From: Octopus sinensis
Lineage: Eukaryota
NCBI RefSeq assembly: GCF_006345805.1
Contig: NC_042998.1
Coordinates: 6,138,001 to 6,202,000 of the forward strand
Length of the DNA: 64,000 nt
Direction: 5' to 3'
Part shown: positions 27,180-39,517 of the stretch, in pieces
Layout: each line of letters begins with the position of its first letter
Numbering within the stretch: position 1 is the stretch's first letter
Notes under the pieces: generated by a model
The model's database searches: none
Told to the model about the DNA's origin: nothing
What the model saw: the letters and a program-made list of their open reading frames with translations, nothing else
Translations under genes and position numbers: made by a program

Positions 27180-27590
27180 TAGGCATAGGAGTGGCTGTGT
27201 GGTAAGTAGCTTGCTTACCAACCACATGGTTCCGGGTTCAGTCCCACTGCCTGGTACCTTGGGCAATTGTCTTCTACTATAGCCCCGGGCCGACCAATGC
27301 CTTGTGAGTGGATTTGGTAGACGGAAACTGAAAGAAGCCTGTCGTATATATGTATATACATGTGCATGTGTGTGTATTTGTTTGTGTGTATGTGATTGTC
27401 CAGCTAGCATTGCTTGACAGCCGATGCTGGTGTGTTTATGTCCCCGTAACTTAGCGGTTCGGCAAAAGAGACCGATAGAATAAGTACTGGGCTTACAAAA
27501 CATGAGCCCTGGGGTCAATTTGCTCGACTAAAGGTGGTGCTCCAGCATGGCCACAGTCAAATGACTGAAACAAGTAAAAGAGTAAAGAGT
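27180..27590 (+). mobile_element. SINE family A, followed by an older diverged copy to about 27860
   Basis: Full head, microsatellite and 3' arm. Confidence 0.9.
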
Positions 27591-27895
27591 AAATAGGTGC
27601 AGGTATGTGCATGTGGGTAAAAGAATGCAGGAAGACATAAATGTGTGTGTGCCTTGGTTTGTCGCCCACCACTTGTCAACAGGTGTTGGTTTATTTACAT
27701 TCTTATAACTTGGTGGTTCAGCAAAAGAGACCATTAGAATAAGTACAGCCAAACATTAAAAACAAAAAAAGTACTGGGGATGATTAGTTTGAGTTAACTT
27801 TTCAAGGTAAATGCCTCAGTACTGCTGCTGTCCAATGATTGAAACACAAGTAAAAGATAAATAATCTAGGACCACATACTATAGAAACCATGAAG

Positions 27896-27896
<1 letters not shown>

Positions 27897-27927
<31 letters not shown>

Positions 27928-28171
27928 GTTTAGCGTCCGTTCTCCATGCTAGCATGGGTTGGACGGTTCGACCGGGGATCTGAGAAGCCAGAAGGCTGCA
28001 CCAGGCTCCAGTCTTATCTGGCAATGTTTCTACGGCTGGATGCCCTTCCTAACGCCAACCACTCCGTGAGTGTAGTGGGTGCTTTTTACGTGCCACCTGC
28101 ACAGGTGCCAGGCGAGGCTGGCAACGGCCACGGTCGGATTGGTGTATTTTACGTGCCACCGGCATGGAAGC
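27897..28171 (-). mobile_element. Retroposon family B
   Basis: Reverse copy starting with (CAT)n. Confidence 0.87.
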
Positions 28172-28684
28172 TTCTAAATCATGCCTATATACATAATCCT
28201 AACTCTCAAAAATTTGCATAAAATTATTAGAGAATTTAATTTCATAAATTAGATGAAGATAAGCACAAATTTATAACTATAAAAAAAAAACCAATCATCA
28301 TAATAATTTAATCTCATGATTAGTTATCAATTGTTATTAATAAAATTCAATTGGATTACTCAAGAAATTTAATTATGGAAACTCATATGGTTTAATATGT
28401 GGTCATGTTTGTTTCTTATGAAAAGGTTTCAGATGATATCATGAAATGTCTATTTAATATTACCTGTATTAAAATTCTTAGTCTTTCCATGAGAAAACCC
28501 ACAAACGCACACATAAATACACAGAGGAAAAGGTATGCAAAAGAATTAAGGTAAGTTGAGTGTAGCAGTCACAAAACAGCAAATTTGCAAGGGTAATTTT
28601 AATAATTTTGATTAATTACATTTTAAAAATTACACCTGTCAAATGTAATGCATACTTATTCATAAAATTTTGCATTAGGTGAGA

Positions 28685-28890
28685 AAATGGCGGAATTGTT
28701 ATCACATCAGGCAAAATGCTTGGCGGTATTTTGTCCGTCTTTACATTCTGAGTTCAGATTCCACCAAGGCTGACTTTGCCTTTCATCCTGTCAGGGTCGA
28801 TAAAATAAGTACCAGTTAAACACTGCGGCTGATGTAACCAACTAAACTCCTCCCCCAAACTGCTGCCCTTGTGGCAAAATTTGAAACCAT
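28685..28890 (+). mobile_element. CORE-type SINE (family C), diverged
   Basis: gactttgcctttcatcctgtcagggtcgataaaataagtaccag. Confidence 0.72.
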
Positions 28891-29036
28891 AATTTTGCCA
28901 AACCATACATTATTCTGCCACTGTGAGATTTTGATAATCTGATTGTTTATTTTTAAGGATGACAGTGTAGGGCAGGTGTGAGAGGCTGGATCTTGTCCTT
29001 TTTGACATAAAAATGCTAGAATATTTGGGTCAGATA

Positions 29037-29215
29037 TCATCATCATCATTTAGCGTCCGCTTTCCATGCTAGCATGGGTTGGACAGTTCAACTGGGGTCT
29101 GGGAAGCCCGAAGGCTGCACCAGGCCCAGTCTGATCTGGCAATGTTTCTATGGCTGGATGCCCTTCCTAACGCCAACCACTCCGTGAGTGTAGTGGGTGC
29201 TTTTTACATGCCACC
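29037..29215 (-). mobile_element. Retroposon family B, 5'-truncated
   Basis: Tail plus core only. Confidence 0.87.
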
Positions 29216-30267
29216 GTAAAATATGACTGGTTAAAATGCCAAAGGGTCAGAAATACTACTCATTCTTGTTCAAATTCATAAAAAATGCATGCCATTACAA
29301 ACACAATGTAAAATACTTAGACAAATAAATTAAAATATTGTAATCCTTTACATGATCCTTCAAAAGCAACCCTCACAGTACATAGTGTAATACTGAATTA
29401 ATTTTTCTCTCACAATACAAACAAATATTCAAGGGATACAAGATGTTGTTTCCTCCCTTCAACACCATTCAAAATGAAATGTAGAGAAGTAAGGTTTTAC
29501 ATTCCCACTTCTATCAGAATGGATGATATACAGGATTAATCAATGAAATAGTGAACGTTAAACATCATAACAAATTTATGAAATGCTTTTCACTAGAACT
29601 ATTTGAAATTATGGATTATAAAATGATTTATCATCAGATTCTGATCAGGCTTCTAAATTCATATTTCCTGTGTATGCATTTGAAAGCAGAAACATTTTAC
29701 TGAATAACGTAGAATAGCGTTCATATATAAATAGAAAATTACAAAATACTCAGAAAAAAATTCCACAGAAATAAAAACAAAACCATTCTGTATTGGCTGG
29801 GTTTATTAACAGAGAAATCAATAACATTTCCTAATTTAAACAACTACTCTAAAATAATGGTTATATCACAAAACATCACATAGTTCCCCCCTATATGTCC
29901 ATGAGACACACTGTTTAGATGTTAATATTAAAGTTCTGTATTACCTGACAGACAAATTGCATTGCTATGAAGGAAAATAAGAGAGTTTTGGAAGGTCAAA
30001 TATCACAGTTTGAATTGAAAATTGGTGTTGAGTATGTTAAATCTTAAACTTTTAACATTCAGATTACTTTGTCAAATGTAATGCTTATTTATTTAGATTC
30101 GTTTGAATTAATCTTGTATTATCTTGAAGCTTTGAGATTTTGATGTTCTAATGATTTATTTTTAAAATGACAGTGCTGGGTTGTTGTGAGACACCAGCCG
30201 TGGTCAATTTTAATATACACAAGGTAGAATATTTGGGCTGGATATGACCAGTTTAAATACTAAAGGG

Positions 30268-30530
30268 TGTGTTGCTGTTGTTAAGCAACGAGATGGGGGT
30301 GATAAGGTGATAGTCTGAGGCTTAGGGGCGGGAGACCCCAGACCTTGGGAAAAAAAAACAACTTTGGTCGTCTTGTTGTAGTCGAGGGCTTACCAACCAC
30401 ATGGCTCTGGGTTCAGTCCCACTGCGTGGCACTTTGAGGAAGTGTCTTCTACGATAGCCCAACACCACTGGGAGGTGGCCCTCAAAGTCGCTGGAAATGG
30501 AGATCTCCAGGTCCAAATTCTTGAACGGCT
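30268..30530 (-). mobile_element. Dispersed repeat family E containing a captured SINE-A fragment
   Basis: Aligns to 8956-9178 except for a 66-bp insert at 30391-30456. Confidence 0.72.
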
Positions 30531-31275
30531 ACTAAAGGGGTTGTGACAAGCTAGCAATGAGGCTAAGATTTTGACTCGTGTTTGTATACATGAGTTCAGA
30601 TCTTCATCATCATTGTTTAATGTCTGCCTTCCATGCTGGCATGGGTTGAAGAGTTTGACAGGATCTTGCCAGGCAGAAAACTGCACCAGACTTTTGTGTC
30701 TGTTTTGGTATGGCTGGATGCTCTTCCTAACACCAACAACCCCACAGATGGTATTTATTGCTGAGGAGAGATAATTTTCTTAGAATAACTCAACAGTGAA
30801 TTCAGCCCATAACTCTTTATTAAAATTGATAGAAAAACCCTAGAAAACACTGCCACACCATCAGCATCAAAATTGTGCAGGGCTGCTACCAACTGTCCTT
30901 AAAAAACCCAAAAAAAACTAACAGCTATCTAGTGAAAATAAAAAGACACCTAGAAAGGTATATTATGTCAGCTTCATAAGTATAGAAGCTATAAGAGCAA
31001 ATAATCTAAGTGGACGAGCTTGCCATAACAATCCAGTTATATCATAAGATTCTGAGTGGTACTTGGCTGCTCTTAACTCTCTATTAACAACAAAAATGTC
31101 AATAACTTTTGAACACCTACAAAAGTACGTTATGTCAGTTTTATAAATATAGAAAATATATGTTAAGGCAAATATTTTACGTGAACCAAGTTGCCATAAT
31201 AACTATATATCAGTTTTAGCAATGTGTCATACTATCTATTAAAAGCAAAAAAAAGATAAAAAAGAAAAGACAAAA

Positions 31276-31448
31276 TAGGCGCAGGAGTGGCTGTGTGGTA
31301 AGTAGCTTGCTTACCAACCACATGGCTCTGGGTTCAGTCCCACTGCGTGGCACCTTGGGCAAGTGTCTTCTATGATAACCTCAGGCCGACCAATGCTTTG
31401 TGAGTGGATTTGGTAGACGGAAACTGAAAGAAGCCTGTCATATATATA

Positions 31449-31480
<32 letters not shown>

Positions 31481-31693
31481 CGCGTTTGTGTGTCTGTGTT
31501 TGTCGTCCCCAACATGACTTGATAACCGATGCTGGTGTGTTTACATCCCCATAACTTAGCTGTTAGGCAAAAGAGACTGATAGAATAAGTACTAGGCTTA
31601 CAAAGAATAAGTCCTGGGGTCAATTTGCTTGACTAAAGGCGGTGCTCCAGCATGGCCGCAGTCAAATGACTGAAACAAGTAAAAGAGTAAGAG
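31276..31693 (+). mobile_element. SINE family A
   Basis: Full-length copy. Confidence 0.92.
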
Positions 31694-31945
31694 AAATTAT
31701 GAACACTCACAAAGCTACCTCATCTGTTAGGCATATAAATAGAGAAAAATAAATGTGATAAGTCAAACACTTTTTAAACAAAACAACTAGCAATAATAAT
31801 TCAGTTATATGCAAAATATATTTTACTCCCTATTACTAACACTACAAATATTAAACCCTTTGTTTTATATTTCTTTATATAAAGGAATGTCACACAATCT
31901 GATTTTTCAGTTCATAAATGAAAATGTAGTCAGGAAAGAAATACT

Positions 31946-32364
31946 TACTCTCTTTTACTCTTTTACTTGTTTCAGTCATTTGACTGTGGCCATGCTGGGG
32001 CACCGACTTTAGTCAAGCAAATCAACCCCGGGAATTATTCTTTGTAAGCCCAGTACTTATTCTATTGGCCTCTTTTGCCAAACTGCTAAGTGACGGGGAC
32101 GTAAACACACAAGCATTGGTTGTCAAGCAATGCTAGGGGGACAGACACAGACACACAAACACACACATACATACATACATATATATATATACATATATAC
32201 GACAGGCTTCTTTCAGTTTCCGTCTACCAAATCCACTCACAAGGCATTGGTCGGCCCGGGGCTATAGCAGAAGACACTTGCCTAAGATGCCACGCAGTGG
32301 GACTGAACCCGGAACCATGTGGTTGGTTAGCAAGCTACTTACCACACAGCCACTCCTGCACCTA
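31946..32364 (-). mobile_element. SINE family A
   Basis: Full-length reverse copy. Confidence 0.92.
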
Positions 32365-33240
32365 TGATGAAAATATGTCCAATGAACTTTAGATGCTATC
32401 CCCCTTTATTTTTCTTCTTAATCTTCATGGACATCTGATTAATTTACATCAATGCACTTTAGGAAAATATAAAACAAAGAAGAAACAAAATCAATATTCC
32501 CATTAATGTTTTTAAATTGTACTTGAGTTTTGGAAACAACACTTCTTTTGTCCAAAACAAAATGAAAAAAATATACAATTAAAATTATGGTTGGTAGCTG
32601 CCTTTGGGTGGTGATTATTTACATCATAATTGACTCAATCGACTGACTAACAAAATAAACGAATCGAAAAATAAATAAATAAAATATTTAAAAAATGTTA
32701 ATTTATAGTGTAAATCTCATTGTTATTGGGGGGGGGGATTCGATAATCCTCGATATCAAGTTATGGAAATTTATATAGCTTTCTTATGTGGTTCGGCTGG
32801 GTTCACAAAGAAAGATTTCAGACAAAACCTTGAAGCTGTCTCTTCAAACTCTTATCTTCATTAATCCAGTCTACACTGAAACAACTCACTTTCATGAAAT
32901 GAAAAGCTTCAATCACTTCACACACCTTGCTTTTATTTCTCTCACTCTCTCAGTCCTCTACAACATTCCCCTCACTTTTTAAGACATATATATATATATA
33001 TGTATGTGTGCTTACATATACACGGGTATATATACATATATATAAAAATATGTATCTCTATGTATATTATACATATGTGTGTTTGTGGGTTCATGTGTGT
33101 ATACAACATATACGTATATCTATCTATCTATATAGATATATCTATCTATCTATATATATATATCTATATATATATATATATATCTATCTATCTATCTATA
33201 TATATATATATATGAAGTACATCAACATCAAAATCAATGG

Positions 33241-33486
33241 AAATTGTTGTTGTGATACCCGTGCTGGTGGAACATAAAAAACACCATCTGAACGTGGCCA
33301 ATGCCAGCGCCGCCTTGACTGGCATCCATGCCAGTGGCACGTAAAAAGGACCAACCAATCGTGGACGTTGCCAGCCTCCTCTGGCCCCTGTGCCAGTGGC
33401 ACGGAAAAAGCACCCACTACACTCACGGAGTGGTTGGTGTTAGGAAGGAGGGCATCCAGCTGTAGAAACTCTGCCAGATCAGACTG
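33241..33486 (+). mobile_element. Retroposon family B lacking its 3' tail
   Basis: Two or three internal repeat units plus core; abuts the hAT remnant. Confidence 0.8.
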
Positions 33487-33489
33487 TAG

Positions 33490-33725
33490 TTTCCTCCTAC
33501 TTTCTTGAATAGCAAAGTCTTTGATCAGATCCTCAAAATTAATCGTAGGTAACACATCTGCATCTATACTTAGTAGAGATAAAGGCATACCGAAAATTAC
33601 TTTAGCAAGTTTAAAGTGAGTTTATTTTTTGGGGCTGTGAATTATTTACCATTTCTATGGTGCCCCCTTCTTCCCTTGATACCCTAAGCACGTGCTTATT
33701 TTGCTTAATGGTTAATCCAGCACTG
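33490..33725 (-). mobile_element. hAT transposon deletion derivative (one terminus plus C-terminal dimerisation-domain remnant)
   Basis: Terminus cagtgctggattaaccattaagc; translation LSLLSIDADVLPTINFEDLIKDFAIQESRRK resembles the hATC / ZMYM1-like C-terminus. Confidence 0.7.
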
Positions 33726-34113
33726 TCCATGCTACTCCAATAAGGACTTGGATGATGTGTTTCACTTTTCCTGAATTCAGAGCTGATGATAATCAGAAAA
33801 GTCACAAAGACCTATAAAATTATCCACAGTATCAAAAATGTCACTAAAAGGAACTAAAAATGTTGCGTAACAACAGAAAAGAGAAATCTGACTTCTATCA
33901 GGGTACTAATTATTTTATACAACACAAGTCAAAACCTACAGTTACGTATTAATGGCTTAATTTTCGAGCTGTCATCTTTTATCTTAGTCTTCTTTGTGAT
34001 ACCCTTTCCTAGTGTCATCTCTGATCATTACTAAATAACTTATATCAATGAAGATATCAATCAAAATGTTTTAAAACAAATTAAGACGAAGAGAAAAGTT
34101 TGGGATCCACACG

Positions 34114-34827
34114 AAATCACTAAACACTGCATACATAATGAACAACAATCTACTTGGCAAGTTTAATTTGAGAGTTCATTTCCTCAGATAAATACAAGGC
34201 TTTACATTATACATTATACATTTATCTCTTTTCTTATCACAAGTGTGATAAGAAAAGAGATGAATGGGATGGCAGAAGACCCAGTTGTTATACATGTGAT
34301 AGTAAAAGTCATCTGAGGTCCTCTTTTTCTTTTAAAACTTGCTGTGTCTAGGGGAAAGGGATTTGCCCATATCCTTTCTAGGCCCTCCCCCAGGTCAGTG
34401 AGTTTGATGCTGTTAATGTTTTGTTTTAAGTGTTATAGGAGTGGCTGTTGCCAGTCTCGCCTGGCCCCCGTGCCGGTGGCACATAAAAAGCACCATCCGA
34501 CCGTGGCCGTTTGCCAGCCCTGTCTGGCACCTGTGCCGGTGGCACGTAAAAAGCACCCACTACACTCACGGAGTGGTTGGCGTTAGGAAGGGCATCCAGT
34601 TGTAGAAACATTGCCAGATAAGACTGGAGCCTGGTGCAGCCTTCTGGCTTCACAGATCCCCGGTCGAACCATCCAACCATGCTAGCATGGAAAGCGGACG
34701 TTAAACGATGATGATGATGATGATGACAAAATCACTAAACACTGCATACATAATGAACAACAATCTACTTGGCAATTTTAATTTGGGAGTTCATTTCCTC
34801 AGATAAACACAAGGCTTTACATTATAC
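34114..34827 (+). repeat. 99-bp direct duplication (34114-34212 and 34729-34827)
   Basis: Three mismatches between the copies by manual comparison. Confidence 0.92.
34435..34726 (+). mobile_element. Retroposon family B
   Basis: Two internal units, core and (GAT)n tail. Confidence 0.88.
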
Positions 34828-34871
34828 AAGGTACATACTGTAAATTGAATTAATTGGATTATTAAGCTTAA

Positions 34872-35100
34872 CACTTTAGCATTTAAACTGGCCATATCCA
34901 GCCCAAATAAGCTATCTGTTTTATGTTCAAATCAACCAGATCCAGTCACTTACACACACATACTCTCCCATGTCATTTTAAGAATATAGAATAATACTAT
35001 TGAAATCTTGAAGTTATGAGATAATTAATGCATGATAATTTCCAATGAATGTAAATAAGTAAGCACCATATTTGACAGAGTAATCTGAATGCTTAAAGGG
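34872..35100. mobile_element. piggyBac-like MITE family P1
   Basis: TTAA TSDs; ends cactttagcatt / aatgcttaaaggg. Confidence 0.78.
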
Positions 35101-35329
35101 TTAAAAGAAAACTTTGTGGTGTTACCTTTTTATTGTTTACTGGTTTCAGTCATTGGACTGCAGCCATGCTGAAGCATTGCATTGCAGAGTTTACTCATGC
35201 ATATTGCCTCCAGTACTTATTTCTTAAATAAAGAACTTATGATGGAAATCAGTCACTTATGACAAATTACTGAGTTGCAGGGTTCTAAATGAACCAACTG
35301 TAGGGGCAGGCAAATACAAATGCCTCTCT

Positions 35330-35665
35330 GCATAAGGGCAAAGGGTAAAATTCCCCTTTCGTCATGAATGACCATGGGATTGCACCAAGAAACATCCGTT
35401 CTGAGGCCTAACTCCTGGCAAAGTTGTTTCTGGGAGACTGGCAGTCGCCCATGCATACCAGCCTCCTGTCTCCACAAAAGGGTGTGGAGACAGGAGAAGG
35501 GAAAGGCAAAGACAGATATACCTTGACTCCAGTGATGTTGCAACTCATTTCTACAGATGAATAAACTAGACCGATGTGGGATAAAGTGTCTTGCTCAAGA
35601 ACACAACACACAGCCTGGTCAGGAATTGAACTCACTACCTCATGATTGTGAGCCCAACCAGTAAA
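35330..35665 (-). mobile_element. tRNA-derived SINE (family D)
   Basis: B-box-like gagttcaattcc, then gtgttgtgttcttgagcaagacactttatcccac; single copy in this window. Confidence 0.6.
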
Positions 35666-35723
35666 CCATGCACCTTCAGTGCTTTTGTCCCTTTCTTATA
35701 GAAAATGTATACCTTTATATATG

Positions 35724-36026
35724 TACTAGCAGTATCACCCGGCGTTGCTTGGGTTTGTAAGGGAAATAACTATATAAGCATTTTTAGAGAGTTATAGCCA
35801 AAAAATAGCAAAAAAATGCATTAAAAATGGGAAAAAAATGATGGTAAATTTTTTTTTAAATCGTTGACTCATCATGGACGCGCACTAATACCCAGAAGGG
35901 CTCGATATGAATCACGACTATAAGATACCCGCTTTTGGTTAAACTGCACCACAAAATGTGGGAGTAGTTAGGAATCTAAATCGTCGGAGACAGACAGCAC
36001 ACAACCTCACTTTTATATATAAAGAT
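35724..36026 (+). mobile_element. Helentron/DINE-like non-autonomous element
   Basis: Starts tactagcagtatcacccggcgttgc and ends cttttatatataaagat; this end structure is recalled for HINE/DINE-1 elements. Confidence 0.6.
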
Positions 36027-36159
36027 GTGTGTAAGTTGGTCAAAAAAAATCTGGAGTTGAATTCATTTTCTTGGGTTTTGGAAAGAGAATGACTTAGGAT
36101 TGGTTATTTGAGATGTTCTTTGTAATTTTGAATCTTTATGTATGCACATATCTGCACAA

Positions 36160-36482
36160 TTACATTGACCCCAGTGCCCAGCCAGTACTTATTCTACTGA
36201 CCCCAAAAGGATGAAAAGCAAAGTCCACCTTAAGCAGAATTTGAACTCAGAAGAACCAGGCATAAAATACTGCAAAGCATTTTGCTTGGCATGGCAAGGA
36301 AAATGTGGAAGGGACAGGCGGAGGAGGAGATTGGGAGGGTTGCCTAAAACTGGGCAACATGGTGAGATGGTGTGAGGGTGGTTGCTATGGCATTGAGGTA
36401 GATCCAGCCACACCCATTAATGAGGACAAAACCCGGATTCAAAATGATGGATGTACTAATGATTCTGCCAGCTCACCACCTT
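36160..36482 (-). mobile_element. CORE-type SINE (family C) interrupted by a ~160-bp insert
   Basis: CORE part at 36160-36290; head end at 36455-36482. Confidence 0.65.
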
Positions 36483-36530
36483 AACTAATGCCAATACAAT
36501 AGAAATTTAGATGAATCAGTGAGCAATTCA

Positions 36531-36807
36531 ATCATCATCACCATCATCATCATCATCAACAACAAGAACAACAGCAACAGCAGCAGCCGCCACCACCGCC
36601 ATCATAGTTTAACGTTCGCTTTCCATGCTAGCATGGGTTGGACGGTTTGACTGAGGGCTGGCGAACCAGATGGCTGCACCAGGCTCCAGTCTTGATCTGG
36701 CAGAGTTTCTACAGCTGGACGCCCTTCCTAACGCCAACCACTCTGAGAGTGTAGTGGGTGCTTTTACGTGCCACCAGCATGGGGGCCAGTCAGGCGGTAC
36801 TGGCAAT
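36531..36807 (-). mobile_element. Retroposon family B
   Basis: Reverse copy. Confidence 0.82.
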
Positions 36808-37259
36808 AAAGGAATAAGCAGGGAATATAGTGGAGGTCATAAACATTTTGAAAACAAAATCAATGACCCAAATTTAATTCCTGCTTTGTGTGTTGAACTT
36901 ATTCAGTTAATGCTCTTGAAAAGACATGAATGTCACCACTCCAACACTGGCTCCCTAAACTCCAATAAGTTTCATTGAAGAGCTACATAGTTGTACTAGA
37001 CTGTCATGTAAAGAAATTAGTACAAACAAGGAGCAGAGATAACATAACATTTGAAACTGCACTCAATGTTATTCCACATATTCGTTTGTTTTCATAGATG
37101 TAAGTGCACATGTCAAAATGAAAGTGAAACTAGAATCTGAATCAGCAAATATGCGGGGTTTTTTTTGTTTCCAAAGAAAGTTAAATAATGTGTTTTATAT
37201 GTATATGTAAATAATTTTACATAAAAGATGATCAAAAAGTTAAAGAAAAAGAACAGTAA

Positions 37260-37350
37260 AAAAAATCTTTATATATTTATAATTCATATATATACATAAA
37301 AATAAAATATGTATGCATGTTTGTATATATATATATATATGTATGTGTGT

Positions 37351-37406
<56 letters not shown>

Positions 37407-37488
37407 ATGTATATATATGTGTGTGTGTGTGTATGTATATATATATATGTGTGTCTGTGTATACATACATACACCTATCTATGTGTGT

Positions 37489-37530
<42 letters not shown>
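37260..37530. repeat. (TA)/(TG) microsatellite
   Basis: Direct inspection. Confidence 0.95.
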
Positions 37531-37531
<1 letters not shown>

Positions 37532-38208
37532 GGAATTATAATCAAAGAACTGCATCACACAGCATGAAACAAAACTTCTTTTTTAAAGAATCTAGTAAAG
37601 TTAAAAGCTGAGGTAAAGAAAATCAAATTTCAAAAGTTCCAAAACAGAAAAGAACAGAATAGAAAATTATCACATGTGACCAAAAGGGATAGCAGAACTT
37701 AACAAGGTATTATTCAAACTAACGTCGCAGACCCTGCAGTTGCAATCAACAAGATTGTTACTACACTAAACATTTTTTTTATTCATTTTTTTTTCTCATA
37801 GCAGCTAACAGCAAAGCGAACATCACCATTAAATAAATGTACTTTTATATAGACACTTTTCACTTACACGCACTTCTATGCCTTCGTAGTTTTAAATACA
37901 TGCACCCACCAATCACAAAAAAAAAATAAACTTCATAGAGATTTCAAATAAACAATTTGTACAGAGAAAAAACAGAAAAGGAAAAGAAAAAATGGCTGGC
38001 TTTGTTTGTTTTTTCAGAAATACTTATGAGATTTTTGAGTGACAAGTATAGGTACAAGACTAGAAACAAATGGATACATGTACACTTGTGAGAAAGTATA
38101 ATCATCGTTATTTTAGCATGCATGGTTTCGTGCTTGCATAGGTCACGTGGAGGCAGATTTTCTATGGCCAAATGCCCTTCCTGTCGCTTATGCTTGTCTT
38201 TTTCTGGG

Positions 38209-38409
38209 TACTCTTTTACTTGTTTCAGTCATTTGACTGCGGCCATGCTGGAGCACCACCTTTAGTCGAGCAAATCGACCCCGGGACTTATTCTTTGTAA
38301 GCCCAGTACTTATTCTATCGGTCTCTTTTGCCGAACCGCTAAGTGACGGGGATGTAAACACACCAGCATTGGTTGTCAAGCAATGCTAGGGGGACAAACA
38401 CAGACACAT

Positions 38410-38441
<32 letters not shown>

Positions 38442-38625
38442 TTATATACATATATATATACATATATACGACAGGCTTCTTTCAGTTTCCCTCTACCAAA
38501 TCCACTCACAAGGCATTGGTTGGCCCAGGGCTATAGCAGAAGAGACTTGCCCAAGATGCCACGCAATGGGACTGAACCTGGAACCATGTGGTTGGTTAGC
38601 AAGCTACTTACCACACAGCCACTCC
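38209..38625 (-). mobile_element. SINE family A
   Basis: Near full-length reverse copy. Confidence 0.9.
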
Positions 38626-39517
38626 TTCCCATCACCACACACATCTAGGAAGACTAAAAACGAAGGATACCACTTGCTTGACAGTGATACAACTATCACA
38701 GGATGTCAAGGAAAAGAGGAAATAACACACACAGATGAACAACAAGCTTCTGTTTAGTTTCTGCCAACCAGATTCACTCAAGAATTTGGTCATCCTGAGG
38801 CTATAACAGAAGACACTTGACCATGATGACATAAAAATCCCAAATTCACAACTTGCCCACTTTACAAATTCAGTGACAGCGTAACCTTCACTCAACGCCA
38901 AAATAAAGAACTTTATTTCATTACAAAATTCGGACCAAGTTTGAACACCCTGGGCCAGGAATATTAAAACAATACATTGGTCTTCCAAAAAGAAAAAATG
39001 GAATTCTACCACTACCACCACGATCACAAGACTGCTGCCACTATTACTATGATCACCATGGTCACTACTATTACTACTATGATCAACAGTCCCCCACTAC
39101 TGCTGCTGCTACTGCCACAGCTAAGCTGCTACAACCAATGAGCTGCTGCAACCCCAACCACAACCATGTTTACTACTACTATGACCAGCAGTCACTGCTG
39201 CTACTGCCATTTCAGCCACTGGTCATTTGGACACATAAGACAGCTAAAAACAACCAAGTGGATTCTGTTGAGACCAGTAAGAAACAATTATGAACTTTTT
39301 TATTACACTCAACTTTTTAAAATATTTTTGATAAGGTTCGTTTTTTCAAGAACCGAAACATTTAAAATTTCTAAGAAAATTAAAATTTATCTTATATAGT
39401 GGCGTTTTCAAACTTCTTTTTTATAAATATATACACATCCGTATACGATCTACACTTATTGTAAATATATATATATATATAAATTATATTATTTTATATA
39501 GAGATAAGCACGTAACA

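Noticed and set aside
36531-36600. Poly-His/Gln/Pro-like run (catcat...caacaa...cagcag...ccgcca)
   Set aside because: It is the degenerated trinucleotide tail of a family-B retroposon, not a coding low-complexity tract.
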